Assembly: GCA_945865425.1 (NCBI GenBank)
Contig: CAMBFN010000001.1
Location: 1 to 58,038, forward strand
DNA: 58,038 bases
Source of the DNA: Comamonas sp. lk
Lineage (GTDB): Bacteria > Pseudomonadota > Gammaproteobacteria > Burkholderiales > Burkholderiaceae_C
Direction of reading: 5' to 3'
Below are positions 9,304 to 19,651 of this stretch, piece after piece (position 1 is the first letter of the stretch; each line of letters opens with the position of its first letter). The position numbers and the translations under genes were made by a program. The notes below the pieces were generated by a model. It had not been told where the DNA came from. It saw only the letters and a program-made list of their open reading frames with translations, and made no database searches.

Positions 9304-10959
9304 ATGACCCGTACCCGCCACCACACCGCCCCATTGCCTGCCCTCTCCAAAGCGCTGCTCACCGCTTGGCTCAGTGCTGCAGCCTGTTGGCCCATCGTCG
9401 GGCTTTGCGCCAGCGCCGCAACTGACACGCCGCCGACCGCGGTGCGAAGCATAGGCCTACCGGATTTAGGCGATGGCACGGAAATATCCCCCGCTGCCGA
9501 GCGGCGCTTGGGCGACTCGATTGTGCGCAGCCTGTACCGCGACCCGGACTATATCGATGACGCCATTCTGAGCGACTATGTGCAAAGCCTGTGGCAGCCG
9601 CTGCTCAGGGCCGCGCGCGCGCGCGGCGACCTGCGGCCAGACCTGGACGAGACCTTCGCCTGGCAAATACTCTTATCCCGTGAACGTGCCATCAATGCTT
9701 TTGCACTACCGGGCGGTTATTTCGGACTGTACCTGGGTATGGTGGGAATCGTACAAACCCGCGACGAGTTGGCCTCGGTGCTGGGCCATGAAATGAGCCA
9801 TGTGACGCAGCGGCACTTCGCCCGTAAGACGGACAAAGACGTGGCCCGAACGCCCTGGATGATTGGCGGCATGATTTTGGGCCTGATTGCGGCGAGCAAA
9901 AGCCAGTCCAGTTGCAATGCGCTAAACCAGTGCACCAACAGCGGTTACGACGCGGCCAACGCCTTGATTATGGGCAGCCAGGGTCTTGCTATCCAAAGTA
10001 GCTTGAACTACTCGCGCAACATGGAACGCGAGGCTGACCGTACCGGCTTTGGCTTAGCCAGTGAAGCCGGCTTTGCACCGCAAGGCTTTGTCGGTATGTT
10101 TGAAAAATTGCAGCAGTCCAGCCGTAACAACGACAGCGGCGGCTTTCCTTATTTGCGCAGCCATCCCCTGAGCACTGATCGTATTGCCGATATGCAAAGC
10201 CGCATCGGCCTGGAGCAGGTCCATAACCAACCAGCGCAAAGCGACTGGCAAGCGCTGCTCATGGCGGCGCGCGCGCGGGTACTCTCCGATAGCGGTATCG
10301 ATGGATTGCAGCGTTGGCAAGCGGATGTGCAGCCAGCGGTCTTGGCGGCTAAGGCGCCGGCGCAACAAGCAGCCGCTTTGTATGGCGCAGCAGTGGCGGC
10401 GCTCAAGCTGCGCGCTTTTGACCAAGCCGGCGCCTTGGCTGCACAACTGGCTGGCATGGGTGGTGTGCCGCCCTTGGTCGATCGCTTGGTACGCCTGCTC
10501 AACACCGAAATCGCGCTCAGCCAGGATCAGCTGCCTCAGGCGCAGGCCAGCCTGAGGACGCCGGTGCGCGCTGCTAGTGCCAGAGAGATGTCTTTAGACC
10601 GCGCAGAGCTTTTGCAGCGCGCCCAGGTGCAGGTACGAGGCAATGAGGCGGCCCGCGCAGCCACCGCTTTGCACCTGTGGACGGTGGACTACCCGCGCGA
10701 CCTAGGCGCCTGGCGCGCATTGGGTGCTGCCTATGAGGCCCAAGGCCGGGCAGTGGCGGCGATACGCGCACAAGCACAGGCCGATGGGCTGCAGCAGGAC
10801 TGGACTTCGGCGCTGGGGCGTTTACGCGCCGCCCAGGACCTGGTGCGCAATAGCCAATGGGGTAGCCAAGGGCCGGACTATATTGAAGCGGCCATCGTTG
10901 ACACGCGCGCGCGCGAGATCGTGCAGATGCTTCGCGAGCAAGCCAACCAGCAACGCTAA
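9304..10959 (+). CDS. M48 metalloprotease with TPR-like C-terminus (BepA/YfgC-like)
   Basis: LPDLGD, INAFALPGG, HEMSHVTQRH (HExxH), EREADR and YLRSHP motifs; start at 9304 avoids the overlap with moaC. Confidence 0.92.
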   Translation: MTRTRHHTAPLPALSKALLTAWLSAAACWPIVGLCASAATDTPPTAVRSIGLPDLGDGTEISPAAERRLGDSIVRSLYRDPDYIDDAILSDYVQSLWQPLLRAARARGDLRPDLDETFAWQILLSRERAINAFALPGGYFGLYLGMVGIVQTRDELASVLGHEMSHVTQRHFARKTDKDVARTPWMIGGMILGLIAASKSQSSCNALNQCTNSGYDAANALIMGSQGLAIQSSLNYSRNMEREADRTGFGLASEAGFAPQGFVGMFEKLQQSSRNNDSGGFPYLRSHPLSTDRIADMQSRIGLEQVHNQPAQSDWQALLMAARARVLSDSGIDGLQRWQADVQPAVLAAKAPAQQAAALYGAAVAALKLRAFDQAGALAAQLAGMGGVPPLVDRLVRLLNTEIALSQDQLPQAQASLRTPVRAASAREMSLDRAELLQRAQVQVRGNEAARAATALHLWTVDYPRDLGAWRALGAAYEAQGRAVAAIRAQAQADGLQQDWTSALGRLRAAQDLVRNSQWGSQGPDYIEAAIVDTRAREIVQMLREQANQQR

Positions 10960-10987
10960 TCGAATGCCCAGGCTTGGCCCTGGTGCA

Positions 10988-11698
10988 TTAAACCGGATCC
11001 GGCACTTGCAATGCACGGCGCTGGCTGCGCCAACCCGCCAGCAAAACGCCAGCTGTCACCAGCGCATACAAGCCCCAGCGGGACCACTGCTGACGCTCGT
11101 CGATCACGCCTTTGGCGGCGCCGAAAAAGTCCTGCAGCCAGGGCTCGTTGGCCATCATTTGCGCAGCAGTGAGCGCCAGAACGGCAGCGCCCAAACCGAT
11201 GATCCAGGGGAATCGTTCCACCAAACGCAGCACCACCGAACTGCCAAAGACCACGATCGGCACGCTGATCAGCAGGCCAATGACCACCAAATCCATAGCT
11301 CCGTGGGCCGCACCGGCCACACCCAGTACATTGTCTATACCCATGAGGGCATCGGCGACGATGATGGTTTTCATGGCGCCCCAAAAGGTGTGGGCGCCTC
11401 CCTCTTCATGGCCCCCCTCACCTTGGTCGGCCAGCAGTTTGTAAGCCACCCAGACCAGGCCCAGGCCACCCACCAACATCAGCCCCGGTATTTGTAACAG
11501 CCAGACCACACCCAGCGTCATGACAATGCGAACGCCAATTGCGCCCGCTGTGCCCCAAAGAATGGTTTTTTTGCGCAAATGGTCGGGCACGTTGCGTGCG
11601 GCCAGGGCAATGACGATGGCGTTGTCGCCAGCCAGCACCAGGTCGATCAAGACGATAGCCAGCAAAGCGGACCACCAGGCATTTGAAAAGAGTTCCAC
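10988..11698 (-). CDS. TerC family membrane protein, putative Mn2+-responsive
   Basis: DLVLAGDNAIVIALA and ADALMGIDNVLGVA motifs; GTG start preceded by AGGAA; upstream yybP-ykoY riboswitch. Confidence 0.93.
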   Translation of the reverse strand: MELFSNAWWSALLAIVLIDLVLAGDNAIVIALAARNVPDHLRKKTILWGTAGAIGVRIVMTLGVVWLLQIPGLMLVGGLGLVWVAYKLLADQGEGGHEEGGAHTFWGAMKTIIVADALMGIDNVLGVAGAAHGAMDLVVIGLLISVPIVVFGSSVVLRLVERFPWIIGLGAAVLALTAAQMMANEPWLQDFFGAAKGVIDERQQWSRWGLYALVTAGVLLAGWRSQRRALQVPDPV

Positions 11699-11774
11699 GG
11701 TTTTAATTCCTGTAATGAGGCCCTGGAGCGGGCATAAGACACCTGTCGCGCGCGTTCGGGCGAAACCGTCCACG

Positions 11775-11887
11775 TGCGGCGAAGGTCTTGCCCGATGGCG
11801 CAGCGCGCAAAGCACTGGCATCTGTGGGGCCGGGACAGCAAGTGTCCGTATTGACGACCCGACAACGGGGGGCTACTCCCCTTCAAC
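11775..11887 (-). ncRNA. yybP-ykoY manganese riboswitch (cis-regulatory)
   Basis: Minus strand reads GAAGGGGAGTAGC...CGTCAATAC...GGCAAGACCTTC, the conserved L1/L3/P1 elements; TATACT -10 box at 11894-11899; upstream of a TerC gene. Confidence 0.93.
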
Positions 11888-12005
11888 CGGCTGAGTATAA
11901 AAGCCACTGATAACCCTGTACACCTTAGGGGTAAGGGCGGCGCGCCGTGTGCACCATGTGCACCGCCAGTACGGCTATCATCGCGCCTCTTCTCTACATA
12001 CCCCC

Positions 12006-12494
12006 ATGGCAGGCATTCACATTACCGATATCGAGTCGGCTATCAACTATTGGCGCGGCAAAAGCCCTTCGCCCGATGGTATGTCCCTGCCCGGCCCTAC
12101 GCGCGCGCTGGCGGAGATTTATGCCTTGCTGGTCTATTACCGCGAGGCTGAGGCCGACGAGCGCAGCATGCCGCGCGCGGCGCACGAGGCTTGGATGGCA
12201 TGGTACGGCAGCACGCCGGACACGCCTTGCATCGCGATTTGCTCCACCAGCCAGGGGGACGAGACCTGCAAAGGCTGCGGCCGCAGTTTTTCGGAAGTGC
12301 AGCACTGGCCGCAACTGAGCCCCGCAGAGAAACGCGCCACCTGGCGACGCATCACCCTGGACGGCAGCGCCTGGCGCTTTAATAAATATGCCGAGCGCGC
12401 CACCGAAGGTACGCAGCCCAAGGCGCAAGCGCCGGATGCCCATGCCGCGCCCGCCCACGGCCCCAGCGCCCCAAGCAGGGCAGCCGGGACCTAA
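12006..12494 (+). CDS. DUF3717-DUF1289 fusion protein (Cys-cluster, putative metal/Fe-S binding)
   Basis: N-terminal IHITDIESAINYWR (DUF3717-like) and C-terminal TPCIAIC...CKGCGR...W (DUF1289-like). Confidence 0.82.
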   Translation: MAGIHITDIESAINYWRGKSPSPDGMSLPGPTRALAEIYALLVYYREAEADERSMPRAAHEAWMAWYGSTPDTPCIAICSTSQGDETCKGCGRSFSEVQHWPQLSPAEKRATWRRITLDGSAWRFNKYAERATEGTQPKAQAPDAHAAPAHGPSAPSRAAGT

Positions 12495-12547
12495 AGAGCC
12501 GCTGCCACCACCCGCATCGACAGCACCCAGCCCGCCTACCCAGCCTT

Positions 12548-13057
12548 ATGGACGATTTGCGCTACAAGCCCTCGACGACGGTGGCGGCCATTATTGAGCG
12601 CGAGGGGCGGTTTTTGCTGGTGGAAGAGCGAACGCCCGAAGGCCTGCGCCTGAACAACCCAGCCGGCCACCTGGACCCCGGCGAATCGCTGGCGCAAGCC
12701 TGTGCCCGCGAGACGCTGGAGGAAACCGCCTTTACGTTCACGCCCGAGGCGCTGGTCGGTATCTACCTGGCCCGCGTGCAATTGCCCGACGGACCGGCCA
12801 GGCCGGGTGGCGCGGACCTGAGCTATGTGCGCTTCGCGTTTTGTGGCGCGCTAGGCGCATTCGATACGCAACGCGTCCTCGATACCGGCATTGTGCGCAC
12901 ACTGTGGTTAACACTGCAAGAAGTGCGCGTCAGCGCACTGCAGCACCGTAGCCCCTTGGTATTGCAATGCATAGAAGACTATTTGGCCGGGCAACGCTAT
13001 CCCCTGGAGCTGCTGCACACCCACGCGGGCGTATTCGGCAAGCGCCCGCAAGCTTGA
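12548..13057 (+). CDS. nudJ: NUDIX hydrolase (NudJ-like)
   Basis: Nudix box PAGHLDPGESLAQACARETLEETA, HRSPLV motif; upstream of mnmA. Confidence 0.88.
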   Translation: MDDLRYKPSTTVAAIIEREGRFLLVEERTPEGLRLNNPAGHLDPGESLAQACARETLEETAFTFTPEALVGIYLARVQLPDGPARPGGADLSYVRFAFCGALGAFDTQRVLDTGIVRTLWLTLQEVRVSALQHRSPLVLQCIEDYLAGQRYPLELLHTHAGVFGKRPQA

Positions 13058-13133
13058 AGGTCATGCACATGCGCCTGGCCGCGCCGGCCCAGCTGTGGCG
13101 GGCCACTTGCCGGTGCAGGCCTAAAATCGGGCC

Positions 13134-14315
13134 ATGCGCGCCACACTGAAGCACTTTAAAAAGCAACGCATTGTGGTGGGCTTAAGCGGTGGTGTGGACT
13201 CCGCCGTCAGTGCTTACCTGCTACAGCAGCAAGGCCATGAGGTGGTCGGCATCTTCATGAAGAACTGGGAAGACGATGACCGCGCGCCGGACGAAAATGC
13301 AGCGGATATCGACCCCGGTTATTGCACTTCCAAAGAAGACTTTATCGACGCCGCCGCGGTAGCCGATGTGCTGGGTATTGAGATTGAACACGTCAACTTT
13401 GCCGCAGACTACAAAGACCGGGTGTTTGCCGAGTTTTTGCGCGAATATCAGGCAGGGCGTACACCCAACCCGGATATTTTGTGCAATGCCGAAATTAAAT
13501 TCAAAGCCTTTTTAGACCATGCCATCCGTCTGGGCGCGGACTGCATTGCCACCGGTCACTATGCGCGCGCGCGGCACAATGAAATCACTGGTTTGTTTGA
13601 GTTGCTCAAAGGGCTGGACGCTTCCAAAGACCAAAGCTATTTTTTGCACCGGCTGAACCAAGCGCAATTGTCAAAAACCCTTTTCCCGGTGGGCGAGTTG
13701 CACAAAACCGAGGTGCGTCGTATCGCCGTCGAGATAGGTCTGCCCAACGCGAAGAAGAAAGATTCAACGGGCATTTGCTTCATAGGCGAGCGGCCATTCC
13801 GTGAATTCCTCAACCGCTACATCGCCAAAGAGCCCGGTCCGATTAAGAATCCCAAAGGCCACACCATTGGCCAGCATGTAGGCCTGTCTTTTTACACGCT
13901 GGGTCAGCGCCAGGGCTTGGGCATTGGCGGCCTGAAGGTGCGCGGCGCACAAAAAGGCGGCGGCGAACACACGCCCTGGTTTGTGGCGCGCAAAGACATG
14001 CAAACCAACACCTTGTGGGCAGTGCAAGGGCATGCACATCCGTGGTTACTATCGCACTCGCTCAGCGCTGCCGATGCGAGCTGGGTCGCCGGCAAAGCGA
14101 CCGCATGCGGGCTGCCCCTGGCCGCAAAAACGCGCTACCGTCAAAGCGATAGCCCCTGCGCGCTGCGCGCCAGCGATGGCTCAATATTTAGTTTGGGCTT
14201 TGACCAAGCGCAATGGGCCGTCACACCCGGTCAATCCGCAGTGCTGTATGACGGTGAGGTATGCCTGGGCGGTGGCGTGATTGACAGCGTGCCAGCCCTT
14301 GACGCTGTGATGTAA
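13134..14315 (+). CDS. mnmA: tRNA-specific 2-thiouridylase MnmA
   Basis: SGGVDS PP-loop, [31 protein letters not shown] and AVTPGQ motifs. Confidence 0.99.
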   Translation: MRATLKHFKKQRIVVGLSGGVDSAVSAYLLQQQGHEVVGIFMKNWEDDDRAPDENAADIDPGYCTSKEDFIDAAAVADVLGIEIEHVNFAADYKDRVFAEFLREYQAGRTPNPDILCNAEIKFKAFLDHAIRLGADCIATGHYARARHNEITGLFELLKGLDASKDQSYFLHRLNQAQLSKTLFPVGELHKTEVRRIAVEIGLPNAKKKDSTGICFIGERPFREFLNRYIAKEPGPIKNPKGHTIGQHVGLSFYTLGQRQGLGIGGLKVRGAQKGGGEHTPWFVARKDMQTNTLWAVQGHAHPWLLSHSLSAADASWVAGKATACGLPLAAKTRYRQSDSPCALRASDGSIFSLGFDQAQWAVTPGQSAVLYDGEVCLGGGVIDSVPALDAVM

Positions 14316-14385
14316 CCCAAAGCCTTGCCCCATGGGACAATAAGCTCCTTTTGAAAAGAGTGGTTTGATTGAGAAAGCTGTCACT

Positions 14386-15819
14386 ATGATCCGTCGCGCC
14401 ACCAAAATCGTAGCCACCTTGGGGCCCGCTTCCAGCGATCCGGCCATGTTGGAGGCCCTGATACGTGAAGGCGTGGATGTGGTTCGGCTGAACTTCAGCC
14501 ACGGCACGGCGCAAGACCATATAGACCGCGCCGCCATGGTGCGCGAAGTGGCCCACCGGGTGGGGCGCGAAGTGGCCATCATGGCTGATTTGCAAGGTCC
14601 CAAAATACGTGTTGGCAAGTTTGCACAGGGTAAGGTTTTCTTGGAGCATGGCCAAGCCTTTATTCTGGATGCCGCCCGCACAGAGCTGGGCGATGTACAT
14701 GGCGTCGGACTGGACTACAAATCGCTGCCACAAGAGGTCAAGGCCGACGATGTGCTGCTGCTTAACGACGGCATCATCGTCATGGTGGTGGACAAGGTGC
14801 AGGGCCAGCAAGTGCACACCACCGTCAGGCTAGGCGGCGTGCTATCCAACAACAAAGGCATTAACAAGCAAGGCGGCGGCCTGACAGCGCCGGCGCTGAC
14901 GGCCAAGGACATGGAAGACATCCGCACCGCCATGGCCTTTAAAGCCGACTATGTGGCGGTGAGTTTCCCCAAATGCGCCACCGACATGGAAATGGCGCGC
15001 CAGTTGTGCAACGTGGCCGCTGCCGAGTTCGGCCACAAGCCCGGGCTGATTGCCAAGATCGAGCGCGCCGAGGCGATCCCCAAGCTGGAAGAAATTTTGC
15101 GGGCCTCGGACGGCATCATGGTGGCGCGCGGTGACTTGGCCGTAGAAGTGGGCAACGCCGCAGTCCCTGCGCTGCAAAAGCGCATGATCAAAATGGCGCG
15201 CGAGTTTGACAAGATTGTCATCACCGCCACGCAAATGATGGAGTCCATGATCAGTAGTCCGGTGCCCACACGCGCCGAGGTGAGTGACGTGGCCAACGCG
15301 GTGCTTGACGGCACCGACGCCGTCATGCTGTCAGCGGAAACGGCTGCCGGCAGTTACCCGCTGGAGACGGTGCGTGAAATGGCGCAGATCTGCGTCGCAG
15401 CCGAAGCAGGCGAATCGGTGAAGCTGGAAACCGACTTCATCGGAAAGACCTTTAACCATATCGACCAGTCCATCGCTATGGGCGCGCTTTTCACTGCGCA
15501 CCACTTGGGGGCTAAAGCGATTGTGGCCATGACCGACAGCGGGTCGACCGCTTTATGGATGAGCCGCCATTTGATTCAGGTGCCGATTTATGCGCTCACG
15601 CCCAATGTGGCCAGCCAGCGCCGCATGACGCTATACCGCAACGTGCGCCCTTTGCTGATGAGCAGCAGCAAAGACCGCGATACCGCGCTGAACGATGCCC
15701 AAGCACAGCTCAAAAGGCTAGGCATTGTTTCCAGCGGTGATGTCTATGCCATCACCTGCGGCGAGCCCATGGGCGCGCCCGGCGGCACCAATATGATGAA
15801 GGTCTGCCGCGTCCCATAA
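14386..15819 (+). CDS. pyk: Pyruvate kinase
   Basis: TKIVATLGPAS, RLNFSHG, DLQGPKIR, IMVARGDL and DAVMLSAETA motifs. Confidence 0.99.
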   Translation: MIRRATKIVATLGPASSDPAMLEALIREGVDVVRLNFSHGTAQDHIDRAAMVREVAHRVGREVAIMADLQGPKIRVGKFAQGKVFLEHGQAFILDAARTELGDVHGVGLDYKSLPQEVKADDVLLLNDGIIVMVVDKVQGQQVHTTVRLGGVLSNNKGINKQGGGLTAPALTAKDMEDIRTAMAFKADYVAVSFPKCATDMEMARQLCNVAAAEFGHKPGLIAKIERAEAIPKLEEILRASDGIMVARGDLAVEVGNAAVPALQKRMIKMAREFDKIVITATQMMESMISSPVPTRAEVSDVANAVLDGTDAVMLSAETAAGSYPLETVREMAQICVAAEAGESVKLETDFIGKTFNHIDQSIAMGALFTAHHLGAKAIVAMTDSGSTALWMSRHLIQVPIYALTPNVASQRRMTLYRNVRPLLMSSSKDRDTALNDAQAQLKRLGIVSSGDVYAITCGEPMGAPGGTNMMKVCRVP

Positions 15820-15952
15820 ACGCAGCTGTGTGGCGCATTTGTCGCATCGGGGAAGACTTGTGGCAAGCGCTGAGGGCGGACGCTGCAAATGTCAATAGAA
15901 TCGCATATCGGTACAAGTTACCAAGCGGTTACCAACCCCCCGGAGAACTTCC

Positions 15953-17017
15953 ATGGCCCTCGTCTCAATGCGCGAATTGCTGGACCACGCTGCCACCCAC
16001 GGCTACGGCATCCCTGCTTTTAATGTCAACAACCTGGAGCAAGTCCAGGCCATCATGGAGGCCGCCAACGAAGTGGGCGCCCCAGTCATCATGCAAGCCA
16101 GTGCCGGTGCCCGCAAGTACGCGGGCGAGGCCTTCCTCAAACACCTGATCCAAGCGGCCATCGAAAGCTATCCGCATATCCCGGTGGTGATGCACCAGGA
16201 CCATGGCCAAAGTCCGGCCGTCTGCCAAGGCGCGATCAACCTGGGTTTCAGCTCGGTGATGATGGACGGCAGCCTGGAAGGCGACGGTAAAACCATTGCC
16301 AGCTATGAATACAACGTGGACGTGACGCGCCAGGTGGTCGATATGGCGCACAAGCTAGGCGTCACCGTGGAAGGCGAGCTAGGCTGCCTAGGTTCACTGG
16401 AAACCATGAAGGGTGACAAAGAGGACGGCCACGGCACCGACGCCACCATGACGCGCGAGCAATTGCTCACCGACCCGGAGCAGGCGGCAGATTTCGTTCA
16501 ACGCACCCAACTAGACGCGCTGGCCATTGCCATTGGCACCAGCCACGGCGCCTACAAATTTACGCGCCAGCCCACGGGCGATATTTTGGCGATTGACCGC
16601 ATCAAAGAAATCAACCGCCGCCTGCCTAATACGCACCTGGTTATGCACGGCTCGAGCAGCGTGCCGCAGGAAATGCTGGCAACCATCAATGCCTTTGGCG
16701 GCAAGATGAAAGAGACCTATGGCGTGCCGGTGGCCGAAATCCAAAAAGCGATTCAGTTTGGCGTGCGCAAAATCAACATTGATACTGACATCCGATTGGC
16801 CATGACGGCAGCCTGCCGCAAATTTTTAGCCGAGAACCCAGACAAGTTTGACGCACGTGACTGGCTTAAACCTGCGCGCGAAGCGGCCAAGCAATTGGTC
16901 AAAGCGCGCTATATCGAATTCGGCTGCGAAGGCCAGGGCGCTAAAGTCAGAGGCGATACGCTGAGCGTGGTTGCAGCCCGCTACAGCAAGGGTGAACTGG
17001 CGCAAGTAGTGCACTGA
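15953..17017 (+). CDS. fba: Fructose-bisphosphate aldolase class II
   Basis: [35 protein letters not shown] and KINIDTD motifs. Confidence 0.99.
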   Translation: MALVSMRELLDHAATHGYGIPAFNVNNLEQVQAIMEAANEVGAPVIMQASAGARKYAGEAFLKHLIQAAIESYPHIPVVMHQDHGQSPAVCQGAINLGFSSVMMDGSLEGDGKTIASYEYNVDVTRQVVDMAHKLGVTVEGELGCLGSLETMKGDKEDGHGTDATMTREQLLTDPEQAADFVQRTQLDALAIAIGTSHGAYKFTRQPTGDILAIDRIKEINRRLPNTHLVMHGSSSVPQEMLATINAFGGKMKETYGVPVAEIQKAIQFGVRKINIDTDIRLAMTAACRKFLAENPDKFDARDWLKPAREAAKQLVKARYIEFGCEGQGAKVRGDTLSVVAARYSKGELAQVVH

Positions 17018-17050
17018 CAGCGCGGCCTGCGCTGCGCTACAGTGCGGCTT

Positions 17051-17959
17051 ATGGCCTCTTCCTTGCACACCTCCACCCTGCATTCCCTGCCTTTGTTGGC
17101 GCGCGGCAAAGTGCGCGACAACTACGCCGTCGGCAGCGACCGCATACTGATGGTCGCCAGCGACCGGCTTAGTGCATTTGACGTGATCATGGGCGAGCCC
17201 ATACCCGGCAAGGGCGCTTTGCTCACGCAAATGGCTTTGTTCTGGTTTGAAAAATTTGGCCCCCAGGGCCTGAACCTGTGCCCGATTCACCTAACCGGCC
17301 AAGCACCCGAAAGCGTGGTGGCGCCCGATGAAGTGGCGCAAGTGCAAGGGCGCAGCATGTTGGTCAAACGGCTCAAGCCTTTGCCCGTCGAAGCAGTCGT
17401 GCGTGGCTACCTGGCGGGCAGCGGCTGGAAGGAGTACCAGGCCAATGGCGCGGTCTGCGGCGTAGCCCTACCGCCAGGTTTGCAAAATGCCTCGCGCCTG
17501 CCCGTACCGATTTATACGCCCGCCGCCAAAGCCGCCGTGGGCGAGCACGATGAGAACATTAGCTTGGCGCAAACCGTGGACATGATCGGCCTGGACCTGG
17601 CCACGCGCATACGCGATATCAGCATCGCGCTGTACCAAGCGGCCGCAGCCTTTGCACTGACCAAGGGCATCATCATTGCTGACACCAAGTTTGAGTTCGG
17701 ACTGGACGCGGCGGGCACGCTCACGCTCATGGACGAAGTGCTCACGCCTGATTCATCGCGCTACTGGCCCTTAGAAAGTTACGCCGAGGGCAGCAACCCG
17801 CCCAGTTACGACAAGCAATTTGTACGCGACTGGCTGGAAGCCGCGCAAGTCGACGGCAAACCCTGGAGCAAAACCCCGCCCGCGCCCCGCGTGCCGGACG
17901 CGGTGATTGCGCAAACTGCGGCGAAATACCAAGAAGCTTTACAGCGCTTGACGGCGTGA
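17051..17959 (+). CDS. purC: SAICAR synthetase
   Basis: [35 protein letters not shown] and DKQFVRDWL motifs. Confidence 0.98.
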   Translation: MASSLHTSTLHSLPLLARGKVRDNYAVGSDRILMVASDRLSAFDVIMGEPIPGKGALLTQMALFWFEKFGPQGLNLCPIHLTGQAPESVVAPDEVAQVQGRSMLVKRLKPLPVEAVVRGYLAGSGWKEYQANGAVCGVALPPGLQNASRLPVPIYTPAAKAAVGEHDENISLAQTVDMIGLDLATRIRDISIALYQAAAAFALTKGIIIADTKFEFGLDAAGTLTLMDEVLTPDSSRYWPLESYAEGSNPPSYDKQFVRDWLEAAQVDGKPWSKTPPAPRVPDAVIAQTAAKYQEALQRLTA

Positions 17960-18079
17960 ATTGGGCAGGTAGGTTGCAGACAAGCCGCGCTAGGGGAGGT
18001 CTGCGCAAAACGCCCTGGGGGCGATCGCCGCGGCCCTAGGCCTAGCAATAACTCATCTTTGGCAGCGTATCCCTAGCAA

Positions 18080-19030
18080 TTAATTGAGCGCCATACTCAG
18101 CTTGCGCCGGTACGAAGCCACCATTTGCGCTTGCGGGTCGGTTTCAGCGACGACTTTGCCAGCGATTTCGATGCCGCCAGCGGTTTTGCCGGTATCTTGC
18201 GCCGCGCCCTTGGGTTTGGGCGGGGTGAGCAGTTCCAAAATCGCCACAAAGGTTTTGCGCGGCACCGCATCGCCCCAAGCTTTGTCGCGCATGATGATTT
18301 CCAGCAATTCGTCCATGGCCACCGTCCATTGGCCCTCGACCATCAGGACGCGGGCTTTGGCCAGGCGGGTATCAAAGTCGCGCTTGTTAGCGGCGATGGC
18401 TTGGTCAAACTGCGCCAGTTCCCAGTTACCACGCGGGTCGGTATGGACGTACTCGATGGCGCTTAAAAAATGGTGCAAAGCGTCAAAACGGATCTGGCGG
18501 GGGATCGCGGCCAGGGCCGGGGCCAACGCAGCTTTGGCTTCTTCCAAGGCGTTGTGGTGAATCAGCAGTTTGACCAGTTCGTGGCGCGCATCGTCATTGC
18601 CCGGATCGGCGGCCAGAGTTTCTTGCAATTTGTGCAGCGCCGCTTCTACATCGCCCGCCGCCAACAAGGCTTGCGCGTCTTCGGCGTCGGTAAGTGAGGC
18701 GCCTTCAGGCGGCAGGTGTTTGTCCAAAAAGGCCTTGATTTGGCTTTCGGGCACCGCGCCCATGAAGCCGTCGGCCGGCTTGCCGGCGATCATGAGCACG
18801 CAAGTGGGAATGCTGCGGATGCCAAAGGCCTTGGAGAGCTCTTGCTCCTGGTCCGAGTCGATCTTGACCAATTTGAAACGCCCGGCGTAATCGGTTTCGA
18901 CCTTTTCCAGCAGCGGTCCTATCACTTTGCAGGGCCCGCACCAGGGGGCCCAGAAGTCCAGCAGCACCGGCAGGTCGTGCGAGGCGCGGATGACTTCAGT
19001 TTCAAAATTTTCCAGGGTGACGTTGATCAT
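18080..19030 (-). CDS. Thioredoxin-TPR co-chaperone (CnoX/YbbN family)
   Basis: DFWAPWCGPCK thioredoxin domain plus helical TPR region ending YRRKLSMALN. Confidence 0.9.
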   Translation of the reverse strand: MINVTLENFETEVIRASHDLPVLLDFWAPWCGPCKVIGPLLEKVETDYAGRFKLVKIDSDQEQELSKAFGIRSIPTCVLMIAGKPADGFMGAVPESQIKAFLDKHLPPEGASLTDAEDAQALLAAGDVEAALHKLQETLAADPGNDDARHELVKLLIHHNALEEAKAALAPALAAIPRQIRFDALHHFLSAIEYVHTDPRGNWELAQFDQAIAANKRDFDTRLAKARVLMVEGQWTVAMDELLEIIMRDKAWGDAVPRKTFVAILELLTPPKPKGAAQDTGKTAGGIEIAGKVVAETDPQAQMVASYRRKLSMALN

Positions 19031-19132
19031 GAAAAAATACTCGGGGTGAAAACGTAAAATTGGGGGTCTAGCCTTGCGGCACGGCTGCCGTCTGATCCTC
19101 GGGCGCAGGTGCCAAGCGCTGTTTCCAACCTT

Positions 19133-19651
19133 ATGAGCACCACACCTATCGCGGTCGTCATGGGTTCCAGTTCGGACTGGGACACCATGCAGCACGCAGT
19201 GCAGATTCTCCAACAGTTTGGCATCGCCTTTGAGGCGCGTGTGCTTTCAGCACACCGTATGCCTGACGAAATGTTCGCATTTGCACAAGCGGCCCAGGGC
19301 CGGGGCCTGCGTGCCATCATCGCCGGTGCTGGCGGTGCCGCGCATTTGCCCGGCATGCTGGCCTGCAAAACCACGGTGCCGGTGCTGGGCGTGCCGGTGC
19401 CGAGCCAGCATTTACAAGGCGTTGATTCCCTGCACAGCATTGTGCAAATGCCCAAAGGCATACCGGTTGCCACCTTCGCCATTGGCGCAGCCGGCGCGGC
19501 CAATGCGGCTTTGTTTGCGGTGGCGATGCTGGCCGCGCATGATGCGGCGCTACAAAAGCAGCTTGATGCCTACCGCGTCGAGCAAACCCGCGCCGCGCGT
19601 GAACAGGTCTTGCCCGTCACCGGCTTATCGGGCGGACTGGTGGGCTTATGA
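19133..19651 (+). CDS. purE: N5-CAIR mutase
   Basis: VMGSSSDW, SAHRMP, AGAGGAAHLPGM and SIVQMPKGIPVAT motifs. Confidence 0.99.
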   Translation: MSTTPIAVVMGSSSDWDTMQHAVQILQQFGIAFEARVLSAHRMPDEMFAFAQAAQGRGLRAIIAGAGGAAHLPGMLACKTTVPVLGVPVPSQHLQGVDSLHSIVQMPKGIPVATFAIGAAGAANAALFAVAMLAAHDAALQKQLDAYRVEQTRAAREQVLPVTGLSGGLVGL

